This document shows, piece after piece, positions 38,101 to 50,100 of a stretch of 64,000 nt of DNA. The position numbers and the translations under genes are program-made. Origin of the DNA: Nemertoderma westbladi. Lineage: Eukaryota; Animalia; Xenacoelomorpha. The stretch is taken from contig JAUCBJ010002693.1 in the NCBI GenBank assembly GCA_032718475.1, forward strand, positions 26,453 to 90,452. Reading direction: 5' to 3'. Numbering within the stretch: the first letter of the stretch is position 1; every line of letters begins with the position of its first letter. Under the pieces are notes generated by a model. It made no database searches and was not told the DNA's origin. It saw only the letters and a list, made by a program, of their open reading frames with translations.

Positions 38101-41100
38101 ATCCATTCGAACTCTTATGCGGAATCCTTCATGGTTAAACACTTGCACCATTCTAATTCTTAATTGTGGTTGATTGTGTTCTACGCATGTCCTTAGACCA
38201 AAAAATTAAAATTATTAAAATGGGATGATGGTACCCCCTACTGGCACAATAAGTGGAGGAAATCCAGCAAAGTACCTAACTGATATAGACTTTACTGATG
38301 ATATAGGGATACTGTCAGAATCACTAGAGGTAGCCCAAATGCTTCTCTGCTCATTGGACGAGGTTGCTTCTAGTGTTTGTCTTTTTGTAAATTCCAAGAA
38401 GACAAAAATTATGACAGTGAAACATGACAGCCCTCAAGAAATGTCTGATCGTAAGGGAATAAGCTCCAGGAATGGCTTGCTTGAGCACGTGGATGACTTC
38501 TGCTACTTGGGATCATGGATCAGAAACTCAGGTGAGGGAGGACCTTCGGATACGTAAGGGGGAGGCATGGGCTGCATTGAATAGACTATCCAGGATTTGT
38601 AAGTCCCACATAATAAAACGGTACCTCAAGGTTAGATTATTTCTGGCAGCAGTAGTTCCATGGGAGTCCACGCTGGGCTCTAACTGCAGAGGATACCAAA
38701 TCTCTGGATGGCACCTTCTCAAGTATGCTTCGCCGGTTTCATTGTGTTATGTACAACGAACACATCTCCAACCAGACTCTATACAACATTGGAGCTGTTT
38801 CATCAGTCTCCTCTAGCTTGCCACTTGAACGGAACCGCCTCAGCCTTGCAGGACATTGCTTTCACTGTGAGGAACAGCCAGTGCATTATTTTGTACTTTG
38901 GCTACCTCATGAAGTGAATAAGCATGGTGGACAACCCATGACTTTCTTGAGACGCATCTTAAAGGACACTGACCTTGAAGATGCGGATGATATAGCAATT
39001 GTCATGGGTGCCAGAGAGTTGTGGCAACGCAATTTTGTCGACAAGCCTGCACAGCATTCTAAATATATATGTAATATATATAATGCAGCTGCAATGTAGC
39101 ATGCCAATAGTAGTAGTAGTAATAGTAGTAGTAGTGCTGACACATTTAATTTTAACTTGCCGTCAACTGAAGCAATTCTTAATGGCTCATCTTTCTTTGC
39201 TCCATATACTATCCATGTCTCTTCACAAACCACATTCGGGCAAGTTTTCCTTTTAATGGTAGGAATATGTTCGTCACCATCCATTTCCATCAAGTCATAA
39301 TAATAATAGGCAGATGCAAGTGATAGTGAAAATCTATCTCAAAGTGAAAGAAACATTACTGTTAGGTAGGTCGATATTTATGGTGCCAGAGAGAGGGGGG
39401 GGGGGGGGGTCTTTCAACGCAATCAAAATTGATGCCTCTCCAGGGGAAAATCGATGCAAATAACACCCGATTACTCTCAAAAGATTCGTTTATTGTTTTG
39501 GTTGGAATAACGTGCCATTGTAAACTGGTCCTTTCCCTAAATTGATAATTTAACATTGAGAAAAAATAATTGAAATAAAAACAAAATAAAAACCGAAATG
39601 GGATTTGTGCCCCCTCCCCCGCTCAACCCCTGTCTCGACGGTGCATAGTGTGATGTACCTGCCTGTTGCAAAACTAATATCTAAGCAGAATTTAGAGTGA
39701 GTTAACTATTAACTGTAGGTCTCCTCAATGAACGCATGAGATACTTTAAAATTCATATTTATATTAAACAATATTCCCCCAAGTCACGATAGGATGTTGA
39801 CTAACAGTCGAAGGTTATAGCTATGCGAAGTGTGTGACATTTAATCTCTCAAACTCTGGTAAGGTAGGCCTAGGGAAAACTACATTAACTGTAAATTAAA
39901 TTCTTATTAAATTGTCTTATTTGGTCTGTTGCTATGGTAACGTGGTCTGTAAATGTCACCTGAATGTGCACAATATGACGGGAAGTATCACCATGCTACT
40001 GAGCTGTAGTGATAATTTAAAAAAATTACAAATATGGAAGCAAATAGTTGAGTCTATGTACACGAACTCTCCACTTAAACTCAATATTTTGATACTTGTG
40101 AAAATTACTCTGGTCCAAATAACTGTGTCTGTGTCTGCGACATTGGACGCTATTTGATTTTATATTGCCCTTGATGTGTTCCCAAGATGTCATATAAGTT
40201 GTGTAATGGGTTTTTTGATTTTTAAAACTGTTTGTTGATTTTCTCAGGAAAAGGAAAGGTGAGACAAAGAAATTGATAATTTAAATTTCATAAATCTGTT
40301 GCTAAGGCGGTTACTAGGGCCGGGTTGGCGGACTGCAAGGGAATTTCGGAAATTTTCTTCTTTACCAAAGTGTTTATAACAGTTTCAGGACAACATTGAT
40401 GCATTTTGATTAACTTTCAATTTAAACACTGGTTATGAGACGAGATTCACTAGCATTCACCATGAACTTGTATCCTAAAATTGAAAAAAAAACATTTTTG
40501 AGCAAAAAACTTTGAAGCCCAAAAAAAGGCATTAAATTAAAAATGCAGAGGTGGCATCCGGCCTAGCTGGATTCGCCATGTCTTGAAGTACAAAAATCAG
40601 GTGGATGCCAACCATTAACAAAAAATGCCATCTAAACTTAATTTTCGGGAGTTGGCAGGTAGACTAATATGTTCTCCAAATAATATTCAACCAAAACACA
40701 ACAGTAAACATTAAGACGGTATGTTAAGTTATGATATGAACTGATATGGACCGATATGTGATATGAGTTGTTAAGATAACAGTTATACGCTCTATAATTT
40801 AAGCCTACTAATGTTTCTTCTAAAGTATGAAAACGAATTGACTCTAGAGCCGGTGTTCCTGGCCTAGATAGCAACAACACAACGGTATCACAAAAACAGT
40901 AAGACTGAACACTCCTAGTATGATCGGCCGAATATCTACACGTCGACAGAAAAAATCGCTCTGATTGGCTCAAGCCAAACAAAGAACCATGCGTCCAATG
41001 GCTGTTTCCATGCCAGCAACCAGCTGCTAGATGTCGCAATCTGAATCATCAAGGCCAAGCCGTGTAAAGGTATTTGGTGCATTGCGGGTTTTTTGCCTTA

Positions 41101-44100
41101 CCATGTCCGCCAAAGCACGTATATAGAAGAATGACTTTTATGTCCGTTAAAACACCTGTAACGGTACCTTGCGGGCGAGGGGAATATATATACAGTTAGA
41201 GAGCCTTTTAGAGTATTCCAGCGCCTGGGGGGAAACTGGATTGCAAAGCAAAGGGGCCAGTTATATCCCACAGAAGCTTTTACAATAACTGTTTCTCCAA
41301 AAAAGGATGGTAGGACACCGAGGCGGATTGATTCGTTGAACAATCTGGATAGGTGTTTACAAACTGCTTCTTTGTCTGTATAGAGCAAGTGTTCAATGGT
41401 GAGTGTTCGGTTGTCTGGTGCTTTGCCCTTGCCTAATAGTAGGACTACCTTTTCTATTGTTTTCTCCGAAATTACAGGGCGTTCCGTTTCCTTGCATTTT
41501 ATATCGATGTCATCCATTAACGTTTCCCATTCACCTGATTGTTTTGAGTCTCTTTGAAATTGTTCACGTAAATGAGTTGTGAGAGGAGTTCGCATAGATT
41601 GTGGTGTGTCTGAGGTTTGTTTTCCATTAAGATGGCTCCAAAGGTTTCGTCGCCTGGCTGTTTGATTATCAACTACCTTGTGAATGTATTGGGATAATTT
41701 CTGCTTTGTTAACCAGTTTCTGAGGCGTCTCACCGCACGTTTGGAGTCCTTGAACATCTGGTGGAATGGATCCGACTGACCTTTTCCACGCTCACACCAA
41801 ATGCCATACAGAGTTTTGGTAATTTTGGATTTCTCGTTGAGTCGATTATTCCTTATCCTATAGTTGCGCGTTCGTTTCCTGATGCTAACCTGAGGGATAT
41901 ATACACAGGCAGCTTCGTAGAATATGTTCTGCAGTGAGTCTCCATACCACTCAAGGTCCTCTTTGGTCCAGCTTTTTGAGTTGCCTTCAATAATCCCATC
42001 AAGGCTGTTGAGACCAGTAAGGGTCGAAATCTTGTAATTTTCCAATTGTTCTTCACTGCATTTGTCCCAGTTGAACCGGCGTATGCTGCGGTGCATTGAG
42101 TCCCTGGGTCCTTTGATGTTAGGTGATGATTTTAATGTGGTGTTTATTTTTAACTTAGCTGATATTGGCACGTGATCAGAATGGTTTAACACATTATCCA
42201 TATTATAAATTCTGCCATTCGTGATAAGTTCCGACCCTACTTCAGTAGTTACAATGTGATCTATGTAGGTGCAACTACGTCCATAGAAAGTGCAACATGG
42301 CCCTTGAAAATTATCTAGGGTATCCGCCGCTACAAGGGAATGTTCAGTTAGAAAGGTGTTCAGGTGTTGTCCTCTAGTTCACCTCTGTTCACCAATGGCT
42401 TTGTTGGTCGGGGTGGAACATGAGAGTAGCCTCCAACTCCAGAATCCATCTCCCCATCACAATCTGGCCTCCCTGGTGACCCAGGGTTTGGGCCAGAAAG
42501 GTCATCATGAAAGGGACTCAAAGAATTGTTGGCTGCTCTCTCTCCAGTAGGGGGTGAGACAGGCAGCCGGTCAGGAGATAACTGAAGCCTGTGAGGCCGA
42601 TTGTGTGCGGTATTTTCACTGGCCTCTAGTGGTCGGACCTCCGCATTACTAATGTAATCCATAGTGGAGGTTGGGGGTGCTTTTTTGCCCAGTCAGCTCT
42701 CGGGGCAAATACCGCACCCTGGTTTGCCATTCCACAGGGTGGGTGTCGCACTGGAGTCAGATATGAGGCCCATCACCCATATCTACTTTGGCGCACATGA
42801 CCCACCATTGGCTGTGCAGCTCACCTGTTGGGTCATGCCCTGTACCCCTGCTGCCAGGTGCAGGTCGCAGTGAAGTGCACTCAGAGTGGACATGAGAACA
42901 CTCTACTCCTGACCAGCCATTGGTAGATCACCATCTGCCTGGCCAGGCCATATACCCCTGCAGCCAAGTATATGGGTCCTTAATCCAGGACCAAGGGCGT
43001 CCTTATCCCAGAACGAAGGGGGTCCTAGTTACAGGACCAGATTTGCCCTAGTAAGAGTGTCTATGCAGCTACAGGTGGCACCTCCTTTATGCTGCAATCA
43101 CCGGGAGGTGGCAAGTTTTCTTGATCAAGGACCTAGAATACCTGACCTGACAACGGTCAGAGGTTTTTATACTTGAAGTTAATTAATGAGTAAATGGGTT
43201 AAAATAATTGTTTAAAGAGGTTTGATCTACCCTGCATACAAACTTTTAGTTTCCTATTTTCTTTTTTTAGATTTTAGGACAGGATTATGGTCAAGGATCG
43301 TACAAAATTATTAAAATTGTTGTTACTCGAATATTTATTTCTTTTATTCAATGTAATTGTTCTTCGAAGTTCAAACCTGGATGGCTTTCATAAACACGTA
43401 ATTCAAGACGATGATAGTCATTGATCTATATATTTTGATTAAACGCTGTAAAACACGCTATAAAAATAGATTTATTAAATTATGTCTATGTGAAAGAATT
43501 ACTTAGACAGCCCTCAAGAAATGTCTGATCGTAAGGGCATGAGCTCTACTAAGGATGGCTTTCTTGAGCACGTGGATGACTTCTGCTACTTGGGATCATG
43601 GATCAGAAAGTCAAGTGAAGACCTGCTAGAATGTAAAAACAATAAATCTACAGGGGCCAGTGTCAAATATTTGAAAGTTTGAATTTGTTTATAATCCTGT
43701 TGCCAGGGTGACGGGTATAATGAGAAAAATATAAAATGGCCTTTCGCTGTCAATATCGCCCGCATATTTAATTTCATTGGCAACTGCCTTTCCCTGGGCC
43801 TGTCCATTTATTGTTTTTACTTTCTACTCCAAGTTAATAATTATTTCCCATACTAATTTAATAATTATTTTAAAATTCTAGGACATATCGCCGCAGTTTT
43901 TTTTTAAAAGTACCAAACGATAAATACGAAAAAACAATTTTATTTAATGCAAAATATTATCTACTTCGCATCGACCGTGCCAATAAACCCTAGCTTATAT
44001 CTTAGCTTTGGTTCAAATTTTATAGCGAAAAGAAAAATGTACCAAACGCCAAAATCATTTTTGTGGTCGTTTAAAATGTCCCAATAATGACAGAGGAGGA

Positions 44101-47100
44101 GGAATCTAACGGTATCTACACCAAGTTATTTATTTATAACATCCCAGACGCAGTTTACTGACTATAGGTCGTTGTGGTTGTGACACAGTAGCTTATGATT
44201 AGCGTTATTATAAATAAATATATAAAAGAAGGTGAAAGAGGTCGGCAGGAAGATTCGACAAGCAACACAGGAACCCTGGTCTCATCGATTCCTGCTGCAA
44301 AGACTCCTGATAGCCGTCCTAATCGGCAACTCGGCCTCGATCCTAGGAACTGTAGACTCCACTAACAATAGCGGCCTCTTCGACATACTTGAAGAACATT
44401 TTATTCGTTAAATCCTATTTAATTCTATTGTTTAAACCTATCTATCAATCTAGAATATGGTATTTTTATTTAATAGAATATATAACTAATAGTAACATGC
44501 TAATAACTTCATTATAATAAAACAACAACACTATATATTTTAATTTATTAATTAATAAAGTTGTTTCGATAACAAACAATTAATAATTGGATGTCTTTAG
44601 TGATATTAAAAAAACAATAAAAATACATTTGAATTTAAATGGTTTTTTAAATTATACCAAACGCCATTACTTTGTTTAAATTCTTGTATACGGCATAATA
44701 TAATCCATTATATACGCACTTGCCGCTAAAGTTATTTTACAGGACAAAAATATTGATTTTCACCATAGCGGAATTAGAAATTAAAAAAAAGTGTTTTATT
44801 ATTAAATTATTATATTATAATAATTAAATTATTACTAAAAATTATTTCTGTGTCAATTTTTTTATTATTACAATGTTGTATTCAAAAATGGCTCTTTGGT
44901 TCCCCTTTGGTATGTAATTAATATTTCTACTTATTCTACCTTTATAGGGAAGCTAATACTAAGTTCCATCGGAACTACTTCTACTATCGTATCGAACTGC
45001 CCAGCCCCCACCGCCGACCCCAAACTATCGGCATCAATCAGTTACACGGGTTCCCCTGGGAACACCAATCACGTGCGAGTATTGGTAAAGATATCCCACG
45101 CGAGTGGCGCTCTCCCTTTACTTGCTAGCCAACCCCTACCTGACGCCGCTGATCTGGCTAAACCCTCGGCAACCATAGAAACCAGGTATTAATTAAATAT
45201 ACTAATAATTTTCGTTCGCACGTATAAAAAAAGTCCTGTTTCCTCTAAAAATGCTGTGCGTATTTTGTTGACAAACAACAAACAAAGCCTCTTGAGTCGA
45301 AATTGAGAAAAACGTTATTGGCGGCGATATAATATTGGGCGCTGTTCGCAAAAAATATTTTTCATCACTACATTTTTTTCATCGCCGTAGAGCTAAAAAG
45401 TTTATGTCTCTGTCGAATATTAGGCGTTATCCCGTGTCTTAATTAATACAATTAATAATTAGTATTTAGTTGAATTTATTTTATCTTTTAGTCTATTTTA
45501 TTAATTATTGTTAACCATTTTTGATCATCTACTTATTGAATATTAATTAATTCAATTATTCAAAAACTATATTATTATGTACCCAGGTTTACTTGCGCTA
45601 ATTTCATCACCCATGGCAACCAACCGTTCTGGAACTCTCAACCGGCATGGCTGGATATTAAGGAGCAGTTTCCCAACCGCATGAACACCTCGTTGCGTGG
45701 CAACAAAACCGTTGAATTTTACAAACACCTCAACTTGAAGGAATGCGAGTGGCTTTTCTCTACGGACGCCACTCTAGACAACTTACTCAACTTTTGCCAC
45801 AGTCGCATTGCCATCAATAAAGACGCCAGCATTGCCGAACAAACTGCAGTTGATGTTACCGTGCCGTTGCATGTTGCTATGGTAACGCGTTACGTTTTGG
45901 GCGATAGTTGGAGCGGTAGACCTGTAAGTAGTCGCGTCACGCTCTCCTATGTATACGAGACCCGGCCGTTGCCTTACAAAGTGCAGCAGTCTGCGAAGTC
46001 AGGTCGTCAGAGGAGGGATGCCTCACTAACGGGTTAGTAATCTAACGGTATATGTAACGGGTTATTAATCTAACGGTATATGTAACGGGTTAGTAATCTA
46101 ACGGTATATGTAACGGGTTAGTAATCTAACTGTATATGTAACGGGTTAGTAATCTAACTGTATATGTAACGGGTTATTAATCTAACGGTATATGTAACGG
46201 GTTATTAATCTAACGGTATATGTAACGGGTTATTAATCTAACGGTATATGTAACGGGTTATTAATCTAACGGTATATGTAACGGGTTAGTAATCTAACGG
46301 TATATGTAACGGGTTATTAATCTAACTGTATATGTAACGGGTTATTAATCTAACGGTATATGTAACGGGTTATTAATCTAACTGTATATGTAACGGGTTA
46401 TTAATCTAACTGTATATGTAACGGGTTATTAATCTAACGGTATATGTAACGGGTTATTAATCTAACTGTATATGTAACGGGTTATTAATCTAACTGTATA
46501 TGTAACGGGTTATTAATCTAACTGTATATGTAACGGGTTATTAATTTGACGGTATAATGTAACGGGTTAGTAATCTAACGGTATATGTAACGGGTTAGTA
46601 ATCTAACTGTATATGTAACGGGTTATTAATCTAACTGTATATGTAACGGGTTATTAATTTGACGGTATATGTAATGGGTTAGTAATCTAACGGTATATGT
46701 AACGGGTTATTAATCTAACTGTATATGTAACGGGTTATTAATCTAACGGTATATGTAACGGGTTATTAATATAACTGTATATGTAACGGGTTATTAATCT
46801 AACTGTATATGTAACGGGTTATTAATTTGACGGTATAATGTAATGGGTTAGTAATCTAACGGTATATGTAACGGGTTAGTAATCTAACTGTATATGTAAC
46901 GGGTTATTAATCTAACTGTATATGTAACGGGTTATTAATTTGACGGTATAATGTAATGGGTTAGTAATCTAACGGTATATGTAACGGGTTATTAATATAA
47001 CTGTATATGTAACGGGTTATTAATCTAACGGTATATGTAACGGGTTAGTAATCTAACTGTATATGTAACGGGTTATTAATCTAACGGTATATGTAACGGG

Positions 47101-50100
47101 TTATTAATCTAACTGTATATGTAACGGGTTATTAATCTAACGGTATATGTAACGGGTTAGTAATCTAACTGTATATGTAACGGGTTATTAATCTAACGGT
47201 ATATGTAACGGGTTATTAATCTAACGGTATATGTAACGGGTTATTAATCTAACGGTATATGTAACGGGTTATTAATCTAACTGTATATGTAACGGGTTAT
47301 TAATCTAACGGTGTATGTAACGGGTTATTAATCTAACGGTATATGTAACGGGTTATTAATCTAACGGTATATGTAACGGGTTATTAATCTAACTGTATAT
47401 GTAACGGGTTATTAATCTAACGGTATATGTAACGGGTTATTAATCTAACGGTATATGTAACGGGTTATTAATCTAACGGTATATGTAACGGGTTATTAAT
47501 CTAACTGTATATGTAACGGGTTATTAATCTAACGGTATATGTAACGGGTTATTAATCTAACGGTATATGTAACGGGTTATTAATCTAACGGTATATGTAA
47601 CGGGTTATTAATCTAACGGTATATGTAACGGGTTATTAATCTAACGGTATATGTAACGGGTTATTAATCTAACTGTATATGTAACGGGTTATTAATCTAA
47701 CTGTATATGTAACGGGTTATTAATCTAACGGTATATGTAACGGGTTATTAATCTAACGGTATATGTAACGGGTTAGTAATCTAACTGTATATGTAACGGG
47801 TTATTAATATAACTGTATATGTAACGGGTTATTAATCTAACGGTATATGTAACGGGTTAGTAATCTAACGGTATATGTAACGGGTTAGTAATCTAACTGT
47901 ATATGTAACGGGTTATTAATCTAACGGTATATGTAACGGGTTATTAATCTAACTGTATATGTAACGGGTTATTAATCTAACGGTATATGTAACGGGTTAC
48001 TATTCTAACTGTATATGTAACGGGTTATTAATCTAACGGTATATGTAACGGGTTAGTAATCTAACTGTATATGTAACGGGTTATTAATATAACTGTATAT
48101 GTAACGGGTTATTAATCTAACGGTATATGTAACGGGTTAGTAATCTAACGGTATATGTAACGGGTTAGTAATCTAACTGTATATGTAACGGGTTATTAAT
48201 CTAACGGTATATGTAACGGGTTATTAATCTAACGGTATATGTAACGGGTTAGTAATCTAACTGTATATGTAACGGGTTATTAATCTAACGGTATATGTAA
48301 CGGGTTATTAATCTAACTGTATATGTAACGGGTTATTAATCTAACGGTATATGTAACGGGTTATTAATCTAACGGTATATGTAACGGGTTAGTAATCTAA
48401 CGGTATATGTAACGGGTTAGTAATCTAACTGTATATGTAACGGGTTATTAATCTAACGGTATATGTAACGGGTTATTAATCTAACTGTATATGTAACGGG
48501 TTATTAATCTAACGGTATATGTAACGGGTTATTAATCTAACGGTATATGTAACGGGTTATTAATCTAACGGTATATGTAACGGGTTAGTAATCTAACGGT
48601 ATATGTAACGGGTTAGTAATCTAACTGTATATGTAACGGGTTATTAATCTAACTGTATATGTAACGGGTTATTAATCTAACGGTATATGTAACGGGTTAT
48701 TAATCTAACGGTATATGTAACGGGTTATTAATCTAACTGTATATGTAACGGGTTATTAATCTAACGGTATATGTAACGGGTTATTAATATAACTGTATAT
48801 GTAACGGGTTATTAATCTAACGGTATATGTAACGGGTTATTAATCTAACGGTATATGTAACGGGTTATTAATCTAACGGTATATGTAACGGGTTAGTAAT
48901 CTAACTGTATATGTAACGGGTTATTAATCTAACGGTATATGTAACGGGTTATTAATCTAACGGTATATGTAACGGGTTATTAATCTAACGGTATATGTAA
49001 CGGGTTATTAATCTAACTGTATATGTAACGGGTTATTAATCTAACGGTATATGTAACGGGTTATTAATCTAACGGTATATGTAACGGGTTATTAATCTAA
49101 CTGTATATGTAACGGGTTATTAATATAACTGTATATGTAACGGGTTATTAATCTAACGGTATATGTAACGGGTTATTAATCTAACTGTATATGTAACGGG
49201 TTATTAATCAAACTGTATATGTAACGGGTTATTAATCTAACGGTATATGTAACGGGTTATTAATCTAACGGTATATGTAACGGGTTATTAATCTAACGGT
49301 ATATGTAACGGGTTATTAATCTAACGGTATATGTAACATGTTATTAATCTAACGGTATATGTAACGGGTTAGTAATCTAACGGTATATGTAACGGGTTAT
49401 TAATCTAACGGTATATGTAACGGGTTATTAATCTAACTGTATATGTAACGGGTTATTAATCTAACGGTATATGTAACGGGTTATTAATCTAACGGTATAT
49501 GTAACGGGTTATTAATCTAACGGTATATGTAACGGGTTATTAATCTAACTGTATATGTAACGGGTTATTAATATAACTGTATATGTAACGGGTTATTAAT
49601 CTAACGGTATATGTAACGGGTTATTAATCTAACGGTATATGTAACGGGTTATTAATCTAACGGTATATGTAACGGGTTATTAATCTAACTGTATATGTAA
49701 CGGGTTATTAATATAACTGTATATGTAACGGGTTATTAATCTAACTGTATATGTAACGGGTTATTAATCTAACGGTATATGTAACGGGTTATTAATCTAA
49801 CTGTATATGTAACGGGTTATTAATCTAACGGTATATGTAACGGGTTATTAATCTAACTGTATATGTAACGGGTTATTAATATAACTGTATATGTAACGGG
49901 TTATTAATCTAACTGTATATGTAACGGGTTATTAATCTAACGGTATATGTAACGGGTTATTAATCTAACGGTATATGTAACGGGTTAGTAATCTAACGGT
50001 ATATGTAACGGGTTATTAATCTAACGGTATATGTAACGGGTTATTAATCTAACGGTATATGTAACGGGTTATTAATCTAACTGTATATGTAACGGGTTAT

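Larger units (their letters stand above)
23841..41284 (-). mobile_element. BEL/Pao LTR retrotransposon, non-autonomous (pol-deleted)
   Basis: TGTA...TACA LTRs, 5-bp TSD ATAAC (23836-40, 41285-89), PPT GGGAGCGG (25090-97), BEL-type gag-protease. Confidence 0.93.
34649..41284 (-). repeat. 5' LTR, split by insertion 35283-40666
   Basis: Two halves match the 3' LTR with only about 2 substitutions seen by eye. Confidence 0.93.
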
